DNA of 64,000 nucleotides from Bacteriovoracia bacterium (GTDB lineage Bacteria; Bdellovibrionota; UBA1018; CAIPTA01): NCBI GenBank assembly GCA_050246755.1, contig JBFWVL010000004.1, positions 198,512 to 262,511 of the forward strand, read 5' to 3'. Shown piece by piece: positions 1 to 9,073 of this stretch (position 1 is its first letter; each line of letters starts with the position of its first letter). The notes under the pieces were generated by a model. It saw only the letters and a program-made list of their open reading frames with translations, ran no database searches and was not told where the DNA came from. The position numbers and the translations under genes were made by a program.

Positions 1-1491
1 ATCAACGTGAACACGATGATCCTCGAGAAAGCCGTGGCGCTGGATTTGGCGCAGATCGAGAATTCCGAGTTTTACGATAAGCTCAACCGCGCCCGCCAAG
101 AAGCCTCTTCGCGTTCCCTCTCGATGGTGACCGATACCTTCCAGTTCATCCAGAACGCGCTCACGCTATTCGGCTACATCGCGCTTTTGCTTTCCTTCAG
201 CCACTGGGCCGTGCTCGCCCTCGTGCTTGCGTCGCTTCCGGCCACGATCGCCGAGATGCGATTTTCCTCGATTGGATTCCGGCTCTATAACTGGCGCTCG
301 GCCGACCGCCGCAAATTGGCCTACATGGAGTACGTGCTCGCCACCGATAGCCACGCCAAGGAAGTAAGGATCTTTGGCCTGGCGAAAAAATTCCTGCAGA
401 GGTTCCGCGAGCTCGCCGAGAAATTTTACGGCGAAGATTCCGCCCTCGCCACCCGCCGCACGATCTGGGTGATCCTTCTTTCCATGCTTTCTTCGGGCGC
501 CTTCTACGGCTGTTACGTGGCGATCGCGATTCAGGCCGCGCGCGGAGAGCTTACCCTCGGTAATCTTACCCTCTACGTAGTGGTTTTCCGCCAGGGGCAG
601 CAGGCCTTTCAGTCCTGCCTCGGCGCGATCGGCGGAACCTACGAGCATAATTTGTACCTCTCAAATCTCTTCGAGTTTCTTGCCATTCCGCACGCCGCCG
701 TTCCCTCCCCTAAAGAGAAATCCGCTTCCGTGCCCAAAGACGGAATCTATTTCGATCGCGTGAGCTTCCGCTATCCCGGCCGCGAGCAGTGGGCTCTTCG
801 CAATATCACTCTGCATATTCCGAACGGACAAAGCGTGGCGGTGGTGGGCTCGAACGGCGCCGGCAAAAGCACCCTCATCAAATTATTTTGCCGCCTCTAT
901 TATCCCACCGAAGGAAGAATTTTTCTTGATGGGAAAGACCTCCTCGACTGGGACGGTGAGGCCCTCCTCCGGCGCATCAGCGTGGTATTTCAGGATTTCA
1001 ATAAGTACCAATTGCCCGTGCGCGAGAACGTGGGAGTGGGCGAAGTGGACGCCATCGAAGACGACGCTCATATTAAACGAGCGATGGATCTGGGCGGCTC
1101 GGCCGATCTTTTGGGTGAATTACCCCAGGGCCTCGATACACCGCTGGGTAGCTGGTTCAAGCAGGGGCGTGAATTGAGCGGCGGGCAATGGCAGAAGATC
1201 GCGGTGTCCCGGGCCTTCATGCGGGAGAGCGCCGATATTTTGATCCTCGATGAGCCCACCGCCGCCCTCGATGCGGAGGCCGAGAGCCTGGCTTTTCAGA
1301 AGTTCCGGGAGCTTACCGTGGGTAAGACGAGCCTCATCATCTCCCATCGTTTCCCGGTGGCCCGCCTCGCCGACCATATCGTGGTGATCGAGCATGGCCA
1401 GATCCAGGAAGAAGGCTCCCATGCGGCTCTAATCGAAAAAAACGGCCGTTACGCGCAGCTTTTCGCCCTCCAGGCCAAAGGCTACGCCTAA
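1..1491 (+). CDS. ABC exporter, fused permease/ATP-binding protein (5' truncated by window edge)
   Basis: Frame is open from base 1; TM helices followed by Walker A GSNGAGKS, signature LSGGQWQK, Walker B ILILDEPT and H-loop ISHR. Confidence 0.92.
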   Translation: MNVNTMILEKAVALDLAQIENSEFYDKLNRARQEASSRSLSMVTDTFQFIQNALTLFGYIALLLSFSHWAVLALVLASLPATIAEMRFSSIGFRLYNWRSADRRKLAYMEYVLATDSHAKEVRIFGLAKKFLQRFRELAEKFYGEDSALATRRTIWVILLSMLSSGAFYGCYVAIAIQAARGELTLGNLTLYVVVFRQGQQAFQSCLGAIGGTYEHNLYLSNLFEFLAIPHAAVPSPKEKSASVPKDGIYFDRVSFRYPGREQWALRNITLHIPNGQSVAVVGSNGAGKSTLIKLFCRLYYPTEGRIFLDGKDLLDWDGEALLRRISVVFQDFNKYQLPVRENVGVGEVDAIEDDAHIKRAMDLGGSADLLGELPQGLDTPLGSWFKQGRELSGGQWQKIAVSRAFMRESADILILDEPTAALDAEAESLAFQKFRELTVGKTSLIISHRFPVARLADHIVVIEHGQIQEEGSHAALIEKNGRYAQLFALQAKGYA

Positions 1492-1563
1492 ATAATACTT
1501 GACCAATTTAATGCATTGCGTTAAGTTCCGCGTCGCCTCCTAACCTTTGCCCCAAAGGACCCT

Positions 1564-2418
1564 ATGAAATCCACCCTTCTCTGCCTCAGCACCATCTCCC
1601 TGGCCCTTTCTTCTGCTGCCCACGCCGCTCCCAATGCGGAAAAAGTGGTGGCTGCGCTGAATGCCGCCATCGGGGAAGAGGTTGCTCAAGTAGAGAACGG
1701 AAGGATTAAATTAGCTAAATCCCAGCGTAATAATAAAGATGCCGGCTTCGAAGACTGCCGCCAGCTCGCGATCAATAGCGCGCTCGTGGACGTGGGCATG
1801 GGAGGCGAAAGCGCCGAGTTCGTGGCGAAAGGCTCTCACCGCATTCTTCTTTCCATGATCGGCAAAGATTCCTTCCGCGGAATGGTAGGCATGCGAGTGA
1901 CCCAGGAAAACGGCGGCATCGCCGAACGTACCTATTCTTACCTTATGAAAGACGGCGAGAAAAAGCGCTGCGATCTCGTGGCGAACGAAGGTTCCGTAAG
2001 CGGAATGCGCAAGCGCAATGCCGTGGAAAAAGAATATCTTAAAAACACGATCCCTACTCTCAGCGCGGAAGATCTCGCCAAGATGAAAGAAAAGGCGAAG
2101 GCCACCACCAATGAGCAATTGGCCGGCGAAAACGTGAAAAAGCTTTTGCACGGGGAGTGCGCCGAAACGGCCCTCAATCAGGCCCTGGCGGGCTCGAGCA
2201 AGATTTTCCAGGCGAAATCGAAAGAAAAAGCGGTTTCTTTCCTCATGCTCGGCCTCAATGATTCTTCCCTCGTAACCGAAGGCACCGCCGCTAAAGGCAG
2301 CATCAAAGTGGTGATGACGGACGGCCAAACCACGATCAAATCCATCACTACCCTGCAAATGATGGAAGGCGATAAATCCTGCACGCTTACTTCGGTGAGC
2401 ACTGCCGAAGTAAAATAG
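1564..2418 (+). CDS. Secreted hypothetical protein with two-copy internal repeat
   Basis: Sec signal ending AHA-A; RBS AAGGA upstream; two similar segments of about 85 aa, each with a Cys pair. Confidence 0.8.
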   Translation: MKSTLLCLSTISLALSSAAHAAPNAEKVVAALNAAIGEEVAQVENGRIKLAKSQRNNKDAGFEDCRQLAINSALVDVGMGGESAEFVAKGSHRILLSMIGKDSFRGMVGMRVTQENGGIAERTYSYLMKDGEKKRCDLVANEGSVSGMRKRNAVEKEYLKNTIPTLSAEDLAKMKEKAKATTNEQLAGENVKKLLHGECAETALNQALAGSSKIFQAKSKEKAVSFLMLGLNDSSLVTEGTAAKGSIKVVMTDGQTTIKSITTLQMMEGDKSCTLTSVSTAEVK

Positions 2419-2422
2419 ATTT

Positions 2423-3202
2423 TTAGCGCTCCCGAAACGGCTCCGCCAGCTGCGCGAAAAAAGTCTGGGGGTAAGAACGCTCGCCCGGGATTCCGTACTC
2501 TCTTCTCTCCGCGGTGGGCGCGGCGTAACTGCCCATCAGGCGATCCCAGAACGTGAACATCGTGGCGAAATTTTTCCCGGCCTGCTGCGTATGGTGCAGG
2601 TGGTGTACTTCGGGCGTGACGAATACCTTAGTAACCAAGCCCAAATTTTTTTCCGAAAGCGGCAACTTCAAATTCGAATGAATGAAGGCGCCCCAGCAAG
2701 TGAAGATCACCAGCGTAACTACGCCCACCTTCGGATCGGAAACCACGAAGCAGAGAATAAGAAATCTCACCATCATCAGCACGGCCTGAGAGACAGCCTC
2801 GAGCGGACTACGGCGAAAAGAAGAAAAGGCGTCGAGCATGAGGATCGAATGATGGGCCTTATGAAATTTCCAGAAGAGCGGCACGCGGTGGTGCAGTACG
2901 TGCGCGAGAGTGAGCGCGAGATCGAAGAGCAGGAGCGAGAGGAGTAGCTGGAGGCTCCAGTGAAGCCGGAAGGGTTTCTCCCAGCCGAACATGAACTCCA
3001 GCGAAAAAAGGAATACGAGAACCTTTGGGCTGAACAATAAATCCGCGGCCACATTGCTGCCGAGATAAAGAAGATCCGTGCCCATATAAGGGCGAAGAAA
3101 AGGCGAGCGCTGGCGCTGCAGGGCTGGAATCCGCTCTAGCGCGGCGAATACCAAAATCGGCACCAGCACGATGGCGAGAAAATAAAGAGAGGCGGAAAGC
3201 AT
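2423..3202 (-). CDS. Sterol desaturase / fatty acid hydroxylase family protein
   Basis: His boxes HVLHH, HKAHH, HSN, HHLHH plus NFA...WDRLMG; multiple TM segments. Confidence 0.9.
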   Translation of the reverse strand: MLSASLYFLAIVLVPILVFAALERIPALQRQRSPFLRPYMGTDLLYLGSNVAADLLFSPKVLVFLFSLEFMFGWEKPFRLHWSLQLLLSLLLFDLALTLAHVLHHRVPLFWKFHKAHHSILMLDAFSSFRRSPLEAVSQAVLMMVRFLILCFVVSDPKVGVVTLVIFTCWGAFIHSNLKLPLSEKNLGLVTKVFVTPEVHHLHHTQQAGKNFATMFTFWDRLMGSYAAPTAERREYGIPGERSYPQTFFAQLAEPFRER

Positions 3203-3238
3203 CCACCTAAGTATAGCGCGGCAGCCGCGCTCCGCAAC

Positions 3239-3511
3239 TTAAGCGTAGCGCTGGATTAGGTGATAGCCGAACTGGGTCTTTACGGGAGTAGGAGTGGTTT
3301 CCCCTACTTTCAAGCCGAAGGCGGCGTCTTCAAAGCTCTTCACCATGCTGCCTTTACCGAATTCACCGAGGTCGCCGCCGTCTTCGCCGGAGGGGCATTT
3401 CGAGTGTTCTTTGGCGAGTTCTTCGAAGGTTTTCCCGTCGTTGATTTTCTTCAGGAGATCCTGGGCTTCGAACTCTTGGTCTACGAGAATATGGCGTGCT
3501 TTGATTTTCAT
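3239..3511 (-). CDS. ppiC: Parvulin-type peptidyl-prolyl cis-trans isomerase
   Basis: ARHILV, FEELAKEHSKCPS..GGDLGEF, PVKTQFGYHLI; RBS AGGAG. Confidence 0.95.
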   Translation of the reverse strand: MKIKARHILVDQEFEAQDLLKKINDGKTFEELAKEHSKCPSGEDGGDLGEFGKGSMVKSFEDAAFGLKVGETTPTPVKTQFGYHLIQRYA

Positions 3512-3581
3512 GGGGTCTCCTAAAATAAAAATGCCGTCCCACTATACCTGGATAGCGGGGCGGCAATTCAAGAAAAATCGT

Positions 3582-3848
3582 CTAGTATTGCTGTTGGCCG
3601 TGGAACCAGCAGTAGGTTGAATCGGTATCGATGCCGCGCTCGCAGCCAAAATTTTTGCCGTATTTGGCCTTAGCGTAGGGCATGCCGGTATGCTCTTCGT
3701 ATACTCTCTGCTCCGGAAGGGCGAGGCTGTCGTACAGTTCGCGTGCGGCAACGCCACTGATGCGAACTTCTTTTTCTTCTACGGTTTGGAAAGAAGCTGC
3801 GGAAGCAGTGAAGGGAAGAAGGGCTAGGATGAAGAGGATTTTCGTCAT
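3582..3848 (-). CDS. Small secreted hypothetical protein with Cys pair
   Basis: Signal peptide ending ASA-A; RBS CAGGAG; 88 aa. Confidence 0.75.
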   Translation of the reverse strand: MTKILFILALLPFTASAASFQTVEEKEVRISGVAARELYDSLALPEQRVYEEHTGMPYAKAKYGKNFGCERGIDTDSTYCWFHGQQQY

Positions 3849-3923
3849 TTTGAACTCCTGTGTTTTTTAGTTGAGAGGTAGATACCAAAGAAAAAGAGAT
3901 TCGAGCGTTAGGATTTGGTTGAG

Positions 3924-4958
3924 CTAAGGGGCAGCACAGCGCTTTTCTGCCTCAGCTATTGTTGCTTTAGCGGTTTCGAGGAAGGCTTTCGATTTCCCTC
4001 CACCTTCCCCCTGCGTGAAAGTAAAAAAGGCGGTACCCGCTTCCTGAAACCGGGAATGGAGGCCACGTTTTTGGCAGGTTTTGAATGCCCCAATTAGCCG
4101 CGGAATAGATTCGCGTACCCAATAATCTTGCCCTTCGGGAGTTTCGCGCAGGAAGGAGGCTACGATATCCGAATTTTTGGCTTTCGCTAAAATCTCATCG
4201 AGAGTTTTCTGACTTACCCTAGGATCATCACCGAGAGCCCCCCACAAGAGAGCTAAGAGCGTTCCCCCATACACGCCGGTATTTACCCCCGAATACATAC
4301 GCACCCGGCTCTCAAAATCCCAATTCGCCTGGGCTAGCGTCTGCAAAACAATTTTGGGAGAGGCTTCTATTTTTTCGATGCAGCTGCGGTCGCGGATATA
4401 CCAGCTTTCAGCCCACGAGTCGTCTTTCATTACCTTGGCGCCGATGTCGGCCAGGTAGCGAGATTGAATTTGAGCACAGCGATCTTCTGATTTGCCGTAG
4501 GCCACGGGATTGCCCATGGAGAGCAGCGTGGTGCAATCATCGTTTTCTGCGTTTCTATTCAAACATTCCTCAGTGGTGCGCATCAACTCGTCGATATGCG
4601 CCAATACCCAGTTCACATAACGAGGGTCTTTGAGGCCCGCGGCGGATGATTTTGCGGTCCGGCATTCCTCCTTCAGGGTGATCTTCATCACCCAGGGAGT
4701 CTTCGGTTCTCCAAAGTATAAGTTTCCGTAGAGCTCGAGGTTATCGAAGTTGGAGCCACCATAGAGCCCACGCCGATAGGGAACTAATCCATAGCGGGTG
4801 TCGGTCCCCATGATGCTTTTATCCCAAACGTCTGGAGGAATATTCCCCGCTTTGTCATTGGCCAAGAGGTGGGGCTTTTGTCCCACGTGGTAGAGCACCT
4901 TGGGCGGCAATTCCTGGGCGAAAGCGAGGCTAGTTAAGAAAAGAAAAAGTATCATCAT
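3924..4958 (-). CDS. Secreted protein, candidate H-Y-E clade (diphtheria toxin/PARP-like) ADP-ribosyltransferase
   Basis: Signal peptide ending AFA-Q; motifs LYH24, RGLY66-x10-Y77, WVMKITL, E184-SWYIRD; start overlaps the folE stop (ATGA). The CDS is solid; the function is inferred. Confidence 0.55.
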   Translation of the reverse strand: MMILFLFLTSLAFAQELPPKVLYHVGQKPHLLANDKAGNIPPDVWDKSIMGTDTRYGLVPYRRGLYGGSNFDNLELYGNLYFGEPKTPWVMKITLKEECRTAKSSAAGLKDPRYVNWVLAHIDELMRTTEECLNRNAENDDCTTLLSMGNPVAYGKSEDRCAQIQSRYLADIGAKVMKDDSWAESWYIRDRSCIEKIEASPKIVLQTLAQANWDFESRVRMYSGVNTGVYGGTLLALLWGALGDDPRVSQKTLDEILAKAKNSDIVASFLRETPEGQDYWVRESIPRLIGAFKTCQKRGLHSRFQEAGTAFFTFTQGEGGGKSKAFLETAKATIAEAEKRCAAP

Positions 4959-5596
4959 CGGCAGCTATTCAAAAACTCTTGGCGCGTCTCGGAATTATTC
5001 CGGAAAGCCCCGCGTAAATCGGTGGTGATCGTTTCGCTATTGATGTCCTCTACTCCCCGTGAAATCACACAGTAGTGCTTGGCTTTGATGTAAACGGCCA
5101 CGTCTTCAGTATTGAGGATATGGCAGAGGCTGTCCACGATCTGCTTCGTGAGGCGTTCCTGCACCTGCGGGCGGCGGGAAAAGTAGTCGGCAATGCGGTT
5201 GATCTTGGAGAGGCCGATCACGCCGTGGCTGGGAATATAGGCGATATGGGCGGTGCCGTGGATGGTCACGAAATGGTGTTCGCAGAGGGAAATTACCTTC
5301 ACGTCGCGCACCACCACCATTTGGTCGTAGAGCATCTTGTTCTCGATCACGGTCATTTTGGGAAAATTAGCGGGCTTCAGGCCACGGAAAAGCTCTTGCA
5401 CGTACATCTTAGCCACTCGGCGGGGACTCTCTTTGAGGCTATCGTCGGTGAGGTCGAGGCCGAGCGTCTCCATGATTTCTTTGAAATTTTCGCTGATTTT
5501 CGTGATCTTTTGCTCGTCGGTGAGGCCGTTGTCCTTCCAGGGATTGGGGCGCACGTTCGAGAGGATGCAATTTGGATCGTTTAAGTCTCTTCCCAT
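4955..5596 (-). CDS. folE: GTP cyclohydrolase I
   Basis: SLCEHH, GLSKINRI, RPQVQERLT, HYCVISRG motifs. Confidence 0.97.
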   Translation of the reverse strand: MGRDLNDPNCILSNVRPNPWKDNGLTDEQKITKISENFKEIMETLGLDLTDDSLKESPRRVAKMYVQELFRGLKPANFPKMTVIENKMLYDQMVVVRDVKVISLCEHHFVTIHGTAHIAYIPSHGVIGLSKINRIADYFSRRPQVQERLTKQIVDSLCHILNTEDVAVYIKAKHYCVISRGVEDINSETITTDLRGAFRNNSETRQEFLNSCR

Positions 5597-5673
5597 AGGG
5601 GAGATCTACCACTATAGCCGGGGATGGCAAATACTTCTTGCGGTGCGGCGGCCCCATGCTAAAACGGTGGCCC

Positions 5674-6552
5674 ATGCCTTCCACCATCCTATTCCTGCGC
5701 GATTTCACGGTCTTGGACTACGCGTTCTTCGACGCCGAGGATGGTTTGCAGGGCGAGAGTTTCTACGTTTCCGCTGAATTAGGCGGCACTCTCGATCACC
5801 AAGGTTTCATTTTCGATTTCGGCCCGGCCAAAAAACTCCTGAAAAAGCTCGTGGACGATAGCTTCGATCATAAGCTCGTGGTCACGAGCCGCGGGCCGGG
5901 GCTCACGAAATCAGAGCGTGGCTGGAATTTCGCGACGCCCACAGAAAAGTTTTCCTACTCCACTCCCGATGCCGGCTGGACGCTGATCGGCGGCGCGCGC
6001 GTGACGCCCGAGGCGATCTCCTCCGAGCTCGCGGCCCTCGCCAAACAAGTTTTGCCCGCCAACGTGGAAAGCGTGCGCTTTGAATTGCGTTCCGACACGC
6101 GCTTCGAAAAAGAAGCGAACTTCCGTTACACCCACGGGCTTCGTTACCACGACGGAAATTGCCAGCGCTTATTTCATGGCCACCGCAATCCCATCGAAGT
6201 TTGGCTCAACGGGGCGCGGGATGAAAAATGGGAATTATTCTTAGCTACCGAGTGGGAGGGAGCGCACTTCACCGCGGCTCCTACTCTCGTGAATCGTGCC
6301 GAGCTGGATTTATCGTTGGGCCGGCGCTTCTTCGGCCATTCCGGCGTGGCCGAAATTTCCTACTCGGCACCGCAGGGAGAATTTTCTGCGAAAATTCCTG
6401 CGGCCCGTATCGTATTGCTCGAAACGGAGCCTTCGATCGAGAATATCGCTAAGCTGGGGTTTGAATTGCTCCGCCGGGAAGGCGTGGCCGGTGAGTTGGT
6501 GGTGCGAGCTTATGAAGGCCTGAACAAGGGCGCGAGCTTTACGGGCCGCTAA
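5674..6552 (+). CDS. Two-domain QueD-like / 6-pyruvoyl-tetrahydropterin synthase (COG0720) family protein
   Basis: DFG..KK....DHKL in the N-domain; YTHGL..HDGNCQRLFHGHR in the C-domain; divergent from folE; start taken at ATG 5674. Confidence 0.85.
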   Translation: MPSTILFLRDFTVLDYAFFDAEDGLQGESFYVSAELGGTLDHQGFIFDFGPAKKLLKKLVDDSFDHKLVVTSRGPGLTKSERGWNFATPTEKFSYSTPDAGWTLIGGARVTPEAISSELAALAKQVLPANVESVRFELRSDTRFEKEANFRYTHGLRYHDGNCQRLFHGHRNPIEVWLNGARDEKWELFLATEWEGAHFTAAPTLVNRAELDLSLGRRFFGHSGVAEISYSAPQGEFSAKIPAARIVLLETEPSIENIAKLGFELLRREGVAGELVVRAYEGLNKGASFTGR

Positions 6553-7252
6553 GGCGCTTCTGCAGCAGCAGGCAATAGTCTCGGATCATTTCTCGGTATT
6601 TTTTCTCGTTTGCCGGATCCATATTCACGAAGCGCAGGCCGAAAGAGCGAGTGATCGTTTTATCTTCATGCTCGTGGGCCGTTAAGTTTCTTACTTCCGC
6701 CGATAGATTTGCCATGATGGAGCCCGTGGTGGTGAGCAGATCGAAAGATAGCATGGCCCCTACCCTCACTTCCCCGAGGTGATCGCCGAGCGTTTCGATG
6801 CGTAGGCCGCCTAAGGTGAAGTTCAGCACGTTCACGAAAAAATCCTGGGAAGCGAAACGAACCATGCAGAGATTCGGTACGGGAAAATCCGGATCCTGGA
6901 TGCCATTCACGTTGATGCGCGGGAATTTTCGCTGCCAGCCCGGAGAGATGCCTTCCGCGGTCATGCGCTGGCGCAGGAAGGCTTTTTGGTTCTCATCGAG
7001 GCCGCGGAAGCGGATTTCGAAAAAAGAGCCGTGTTCCACATGCTGCTGCAGGAGCACGCCGGACAGCTTCAGGGGAGGCAAGCTTACGTTCACGGGTTGG
7101 CCTATCGCATTTTTCCAAAAGTCGGAAAGCCCGGCGGAAAGAAAAATTTTGGTGATTCCCTGCTCGGAAAATAATCCCTGGAGGTTCAGTGATTGCCCTT
7201 GGTACTCGATATCGAAGCCGCTGTGAAAAAATTTTGCTTGGATCGGATCCAT
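6539..7252 (-). CDS. PilZ domain protein (c-di-GMP receptor)
   Basis: QRKFPR (RxxxR) and NFTLGG ([D/N]xSxxG-like), FGLRF strand. Confidence 0.8.
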   Translation of the reverse strand: MDPIQAKFFHSGFDIEYQGQSLNLQGLFSEQGITKIFLSAGLSDFWKNAIGQPVNVSLPPLKLSGVLLQQHVEHGSFFEIRFRGLDENQKAFLRQRMTAEGISPGWQRKFPRINVNGIQDPDFPVPNLCMVRFASQDFFVNVLNFTLGGLRIETLGDHLGEVRVGAMLSFDLLTTTGSIMANLSAEVRNLTAHEHEDKTITRSFGLRFVNMDPANEKKYREMIRDYCLLLQKRLSGP

Positions 7253-7654
7253 TTACTTCAGCTTGTCCGGGCCGAAGGGCTGGGGCAAGAACTGGCGGAG
7301 CTCCACTTTTTTCTGGATGCCCTTCGGGGTGGCCACGTATACGGGAAAATCGGGGCCGCAGAATTCGGCCATTACCTGGAGGCAAATTCCGCAGGGAGTG
7401 GCTTCGGGTTCGGTAACCAGCACCAAGGCTTCGGGGTTAATCTTGCCAAATTTGGCCACGGCGGCGTTGAAGGCGTTACGCTCGGCGCAGATGGTGGCTC
7501 CGTAACTGGCGTTTTCCACGTTGCAGCCGCCCACGATCTCGCCCGAAGGCAGCAGGATCGCGGCGCCCACGCGGAATTTTGAGTACGGTGCATGCGCGTT
7601 ATTTCTCGCCTGAACGGCGGCCGCGAATACTTCTTGTAGCTTTTGGTCCGTCAT
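7253..7654 (-). CDS. cdd: Cytidine deaminase (homotetrameric type)
   Basis: APYSKFRVGAA, GCNVENASYG.TICAER, PCGIC. Confidence 0.95.
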   Translation of the reverse strand: MTDQKLQEVFAAAVQARNNAHAPYSKFRVGAAILLPSGEIVGGCNVENASYGATICAERNAFNAAVAKFGKINPEALVLVTEPEATPCGICLQVMAEFCGPDFPVYVATPKGIQKKVELRQFLPQPFGPDKLK

Positions 7655-7691
7655 TTCTTTCCCAGTATAAATCGAAACTGCTTAGCCCGCA

Positions 7692-9014
7692 TCAGGCCCT
7701 TTCGTAAAGACGGTGGGTCTCGCCGCGAATTTCGATTCTTCCGTGTAGGGTGGTGCCGAGGAAGCAGGAATTTTCCGACAGGCCCGGCAAATCTGCCAGC
7801 CCCACTTTGAAATCGGCGATGGGATCCACAAAAACCAGGCCGGTGGAGTGCGCGAATTCGGCACGATGCAAAATTTTTCTCGGCACCGTGGAAAATACTT
7901 CCACGAGCCGGGAAAGGGAAAGCTCCCCTTCTTTTACCAGCGTGGTGAGCACCGAGAGGGCCGTTTCCATTCCGCGCGTGCCGAAGGGAGATTTTATCCA
8001 GCCCTGTTTTTTCAGCGCAAGCTCGTGCGGGGCGTGGTCGGTGGAAACGCAGTCGATGGTGCCGTCACGCAGGGCTTCGCGGAGCGCGGCCCTGTCTTCC
8101 GGGGCGAAGAGCGGAGGATTCATCTTGAAGTTGGTGGACTCGGCGCCCTCGCTGAGCGGGATATCGGCGTTCGAGAAAAATAGGTGGTGGGGCGTTACTT
8201 CGGCCGTCACGTTCAGCCCTTCCGCCTTGGCTTTGCGGATTTCGGCGAGGGTTTCGCGCGTGGAGATATGCAGGATATGGTAGCGGGCTTTGGGCGTTTT
8301 GCGCAGGAGCGCGATATCCCGGGCCACCATGCTGCTCTCGGCGTCGCGGGGATAAACCGGAAGGCCCTGGGATTTTTGGAATGCACTCTCGGGCGTCACG
8401 CCCTTATGGCCGGGGGTTTCGGCGTGTTGCTGGAACAATAAATCGTTGGCGGCGCATGCAGCGAAGATTTTTGCCTGGGCTTGGTCGCTCTTCACGCCCC
8501 AGCCGTCGTCGGTGATCGCCACGGCCCCGGCTTTGGCGAGCGCGTCGATGTCGGCGGCTTCCTGGCCCTGCATGCCCACGGTGGCGGAAGCGGTAAAGCC
8601 CACGCGAACGGGGTAATCCGCAGCCCGGTCTTCCCAGGATTCGATGGCCGCCCGTAGTGCTTCGGGTTTGTCGAGGAAAGGTTGGGTATTGGGCATGGTC
8701 ACCACGGAGTCGTAGCCGCCATAGAGCGCGGATTCGAGGCCGCCTTCCAATGTTTCTTTGTGGGCTTGGCCAGGATGGCGCAGGTGTACCTGGAGATCGA
8801 TGCCCGTAGGAAGGGCTAGCCAATGGGCGGGAATTTCGCGGAGGGTGGCGCCCTCGGAGCGCATTTTCTCCACGAGGCCAACTGCATCGGAGCCGCTCAC
8901 TTGGCCGAGAATCGTCCACGCGCGCACGATCGTATTTTTTTCCTTTTGGAAAATTACCCAGCCCTTAGGGGCGGTGGAGAAACGGAAAGGTGCTTTACGA
9001 ATCACGGAAGACAT
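7692..9014 (-). CDS. pyrC: Dihydroorotase, multifunctional-complex type
   Basis: IDLQVHLR, MPNT, TDDG, HIST, EVTPHHL, KMNPPL, TDHAPH. Confidence 0.85.
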   Translation of the reverse strand: MSSVIRKAPFRFSTAPKGWVIFQKEKNTIVRAWTILGQVSGSDAVGLVEKMRSEGATLREIPAHWLALPTGIDLQVHLRHPGQAHKETLEGGLESALYGGYDSVVTMPNTQPFLDKPEALRAAIESWEDRAADYPVRVGFTASATVGMQGQEAADIDALAKAGAVAITDDGWGVKSDQAQAKIFAACAANDLLFQQHAETPGHKGVTPESAFQKSQGLPVYPRDAESSMVARDIALLRKTPKARYHILHISTRETLAEIRKAKAEGLNVTAEVTPHHLFFSNADIPLSEGAESTNFKMNPPLFAPEDRAALREALRDGTIDCVSTDHAPHELALKKQGWIKSPFGTRGMETALSVLTTLVKEGELSLSRLVEVFSTVPRKILHRAEFAHSTGLVFVDPIADFKVGLADLPGLSENSCFLGTTLHGRIEIRGETHRLYERA

Positions 9015-9073
9015 AGGTTTATTCTAAAGGTATAGTACAGGAGATAACCACAAAGCGAAAATAAGGAGATGGG

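Noticed and set aside
2423-6552. Fatty acid hydroxylase near folE and a PTPS-like gene as a tetrahydrobiopterin-dependent alkylglycerol monooxygenase system
   Set aside because: The residue after the first His box is Arg (HVLHH-R), not the Glu that AGMO needs for pterin interaction, and unrelated genes separate the loci
7692-9014. QVH instead of HxH in dihydroorotase, suggesting an inactive PyrC' subunit
   Set aside because: Gln at this position occurs in other annotated dihydroorotases, and the remaining metal and substrate residues (H, R, N, D, H, H, DHAPH) are intact
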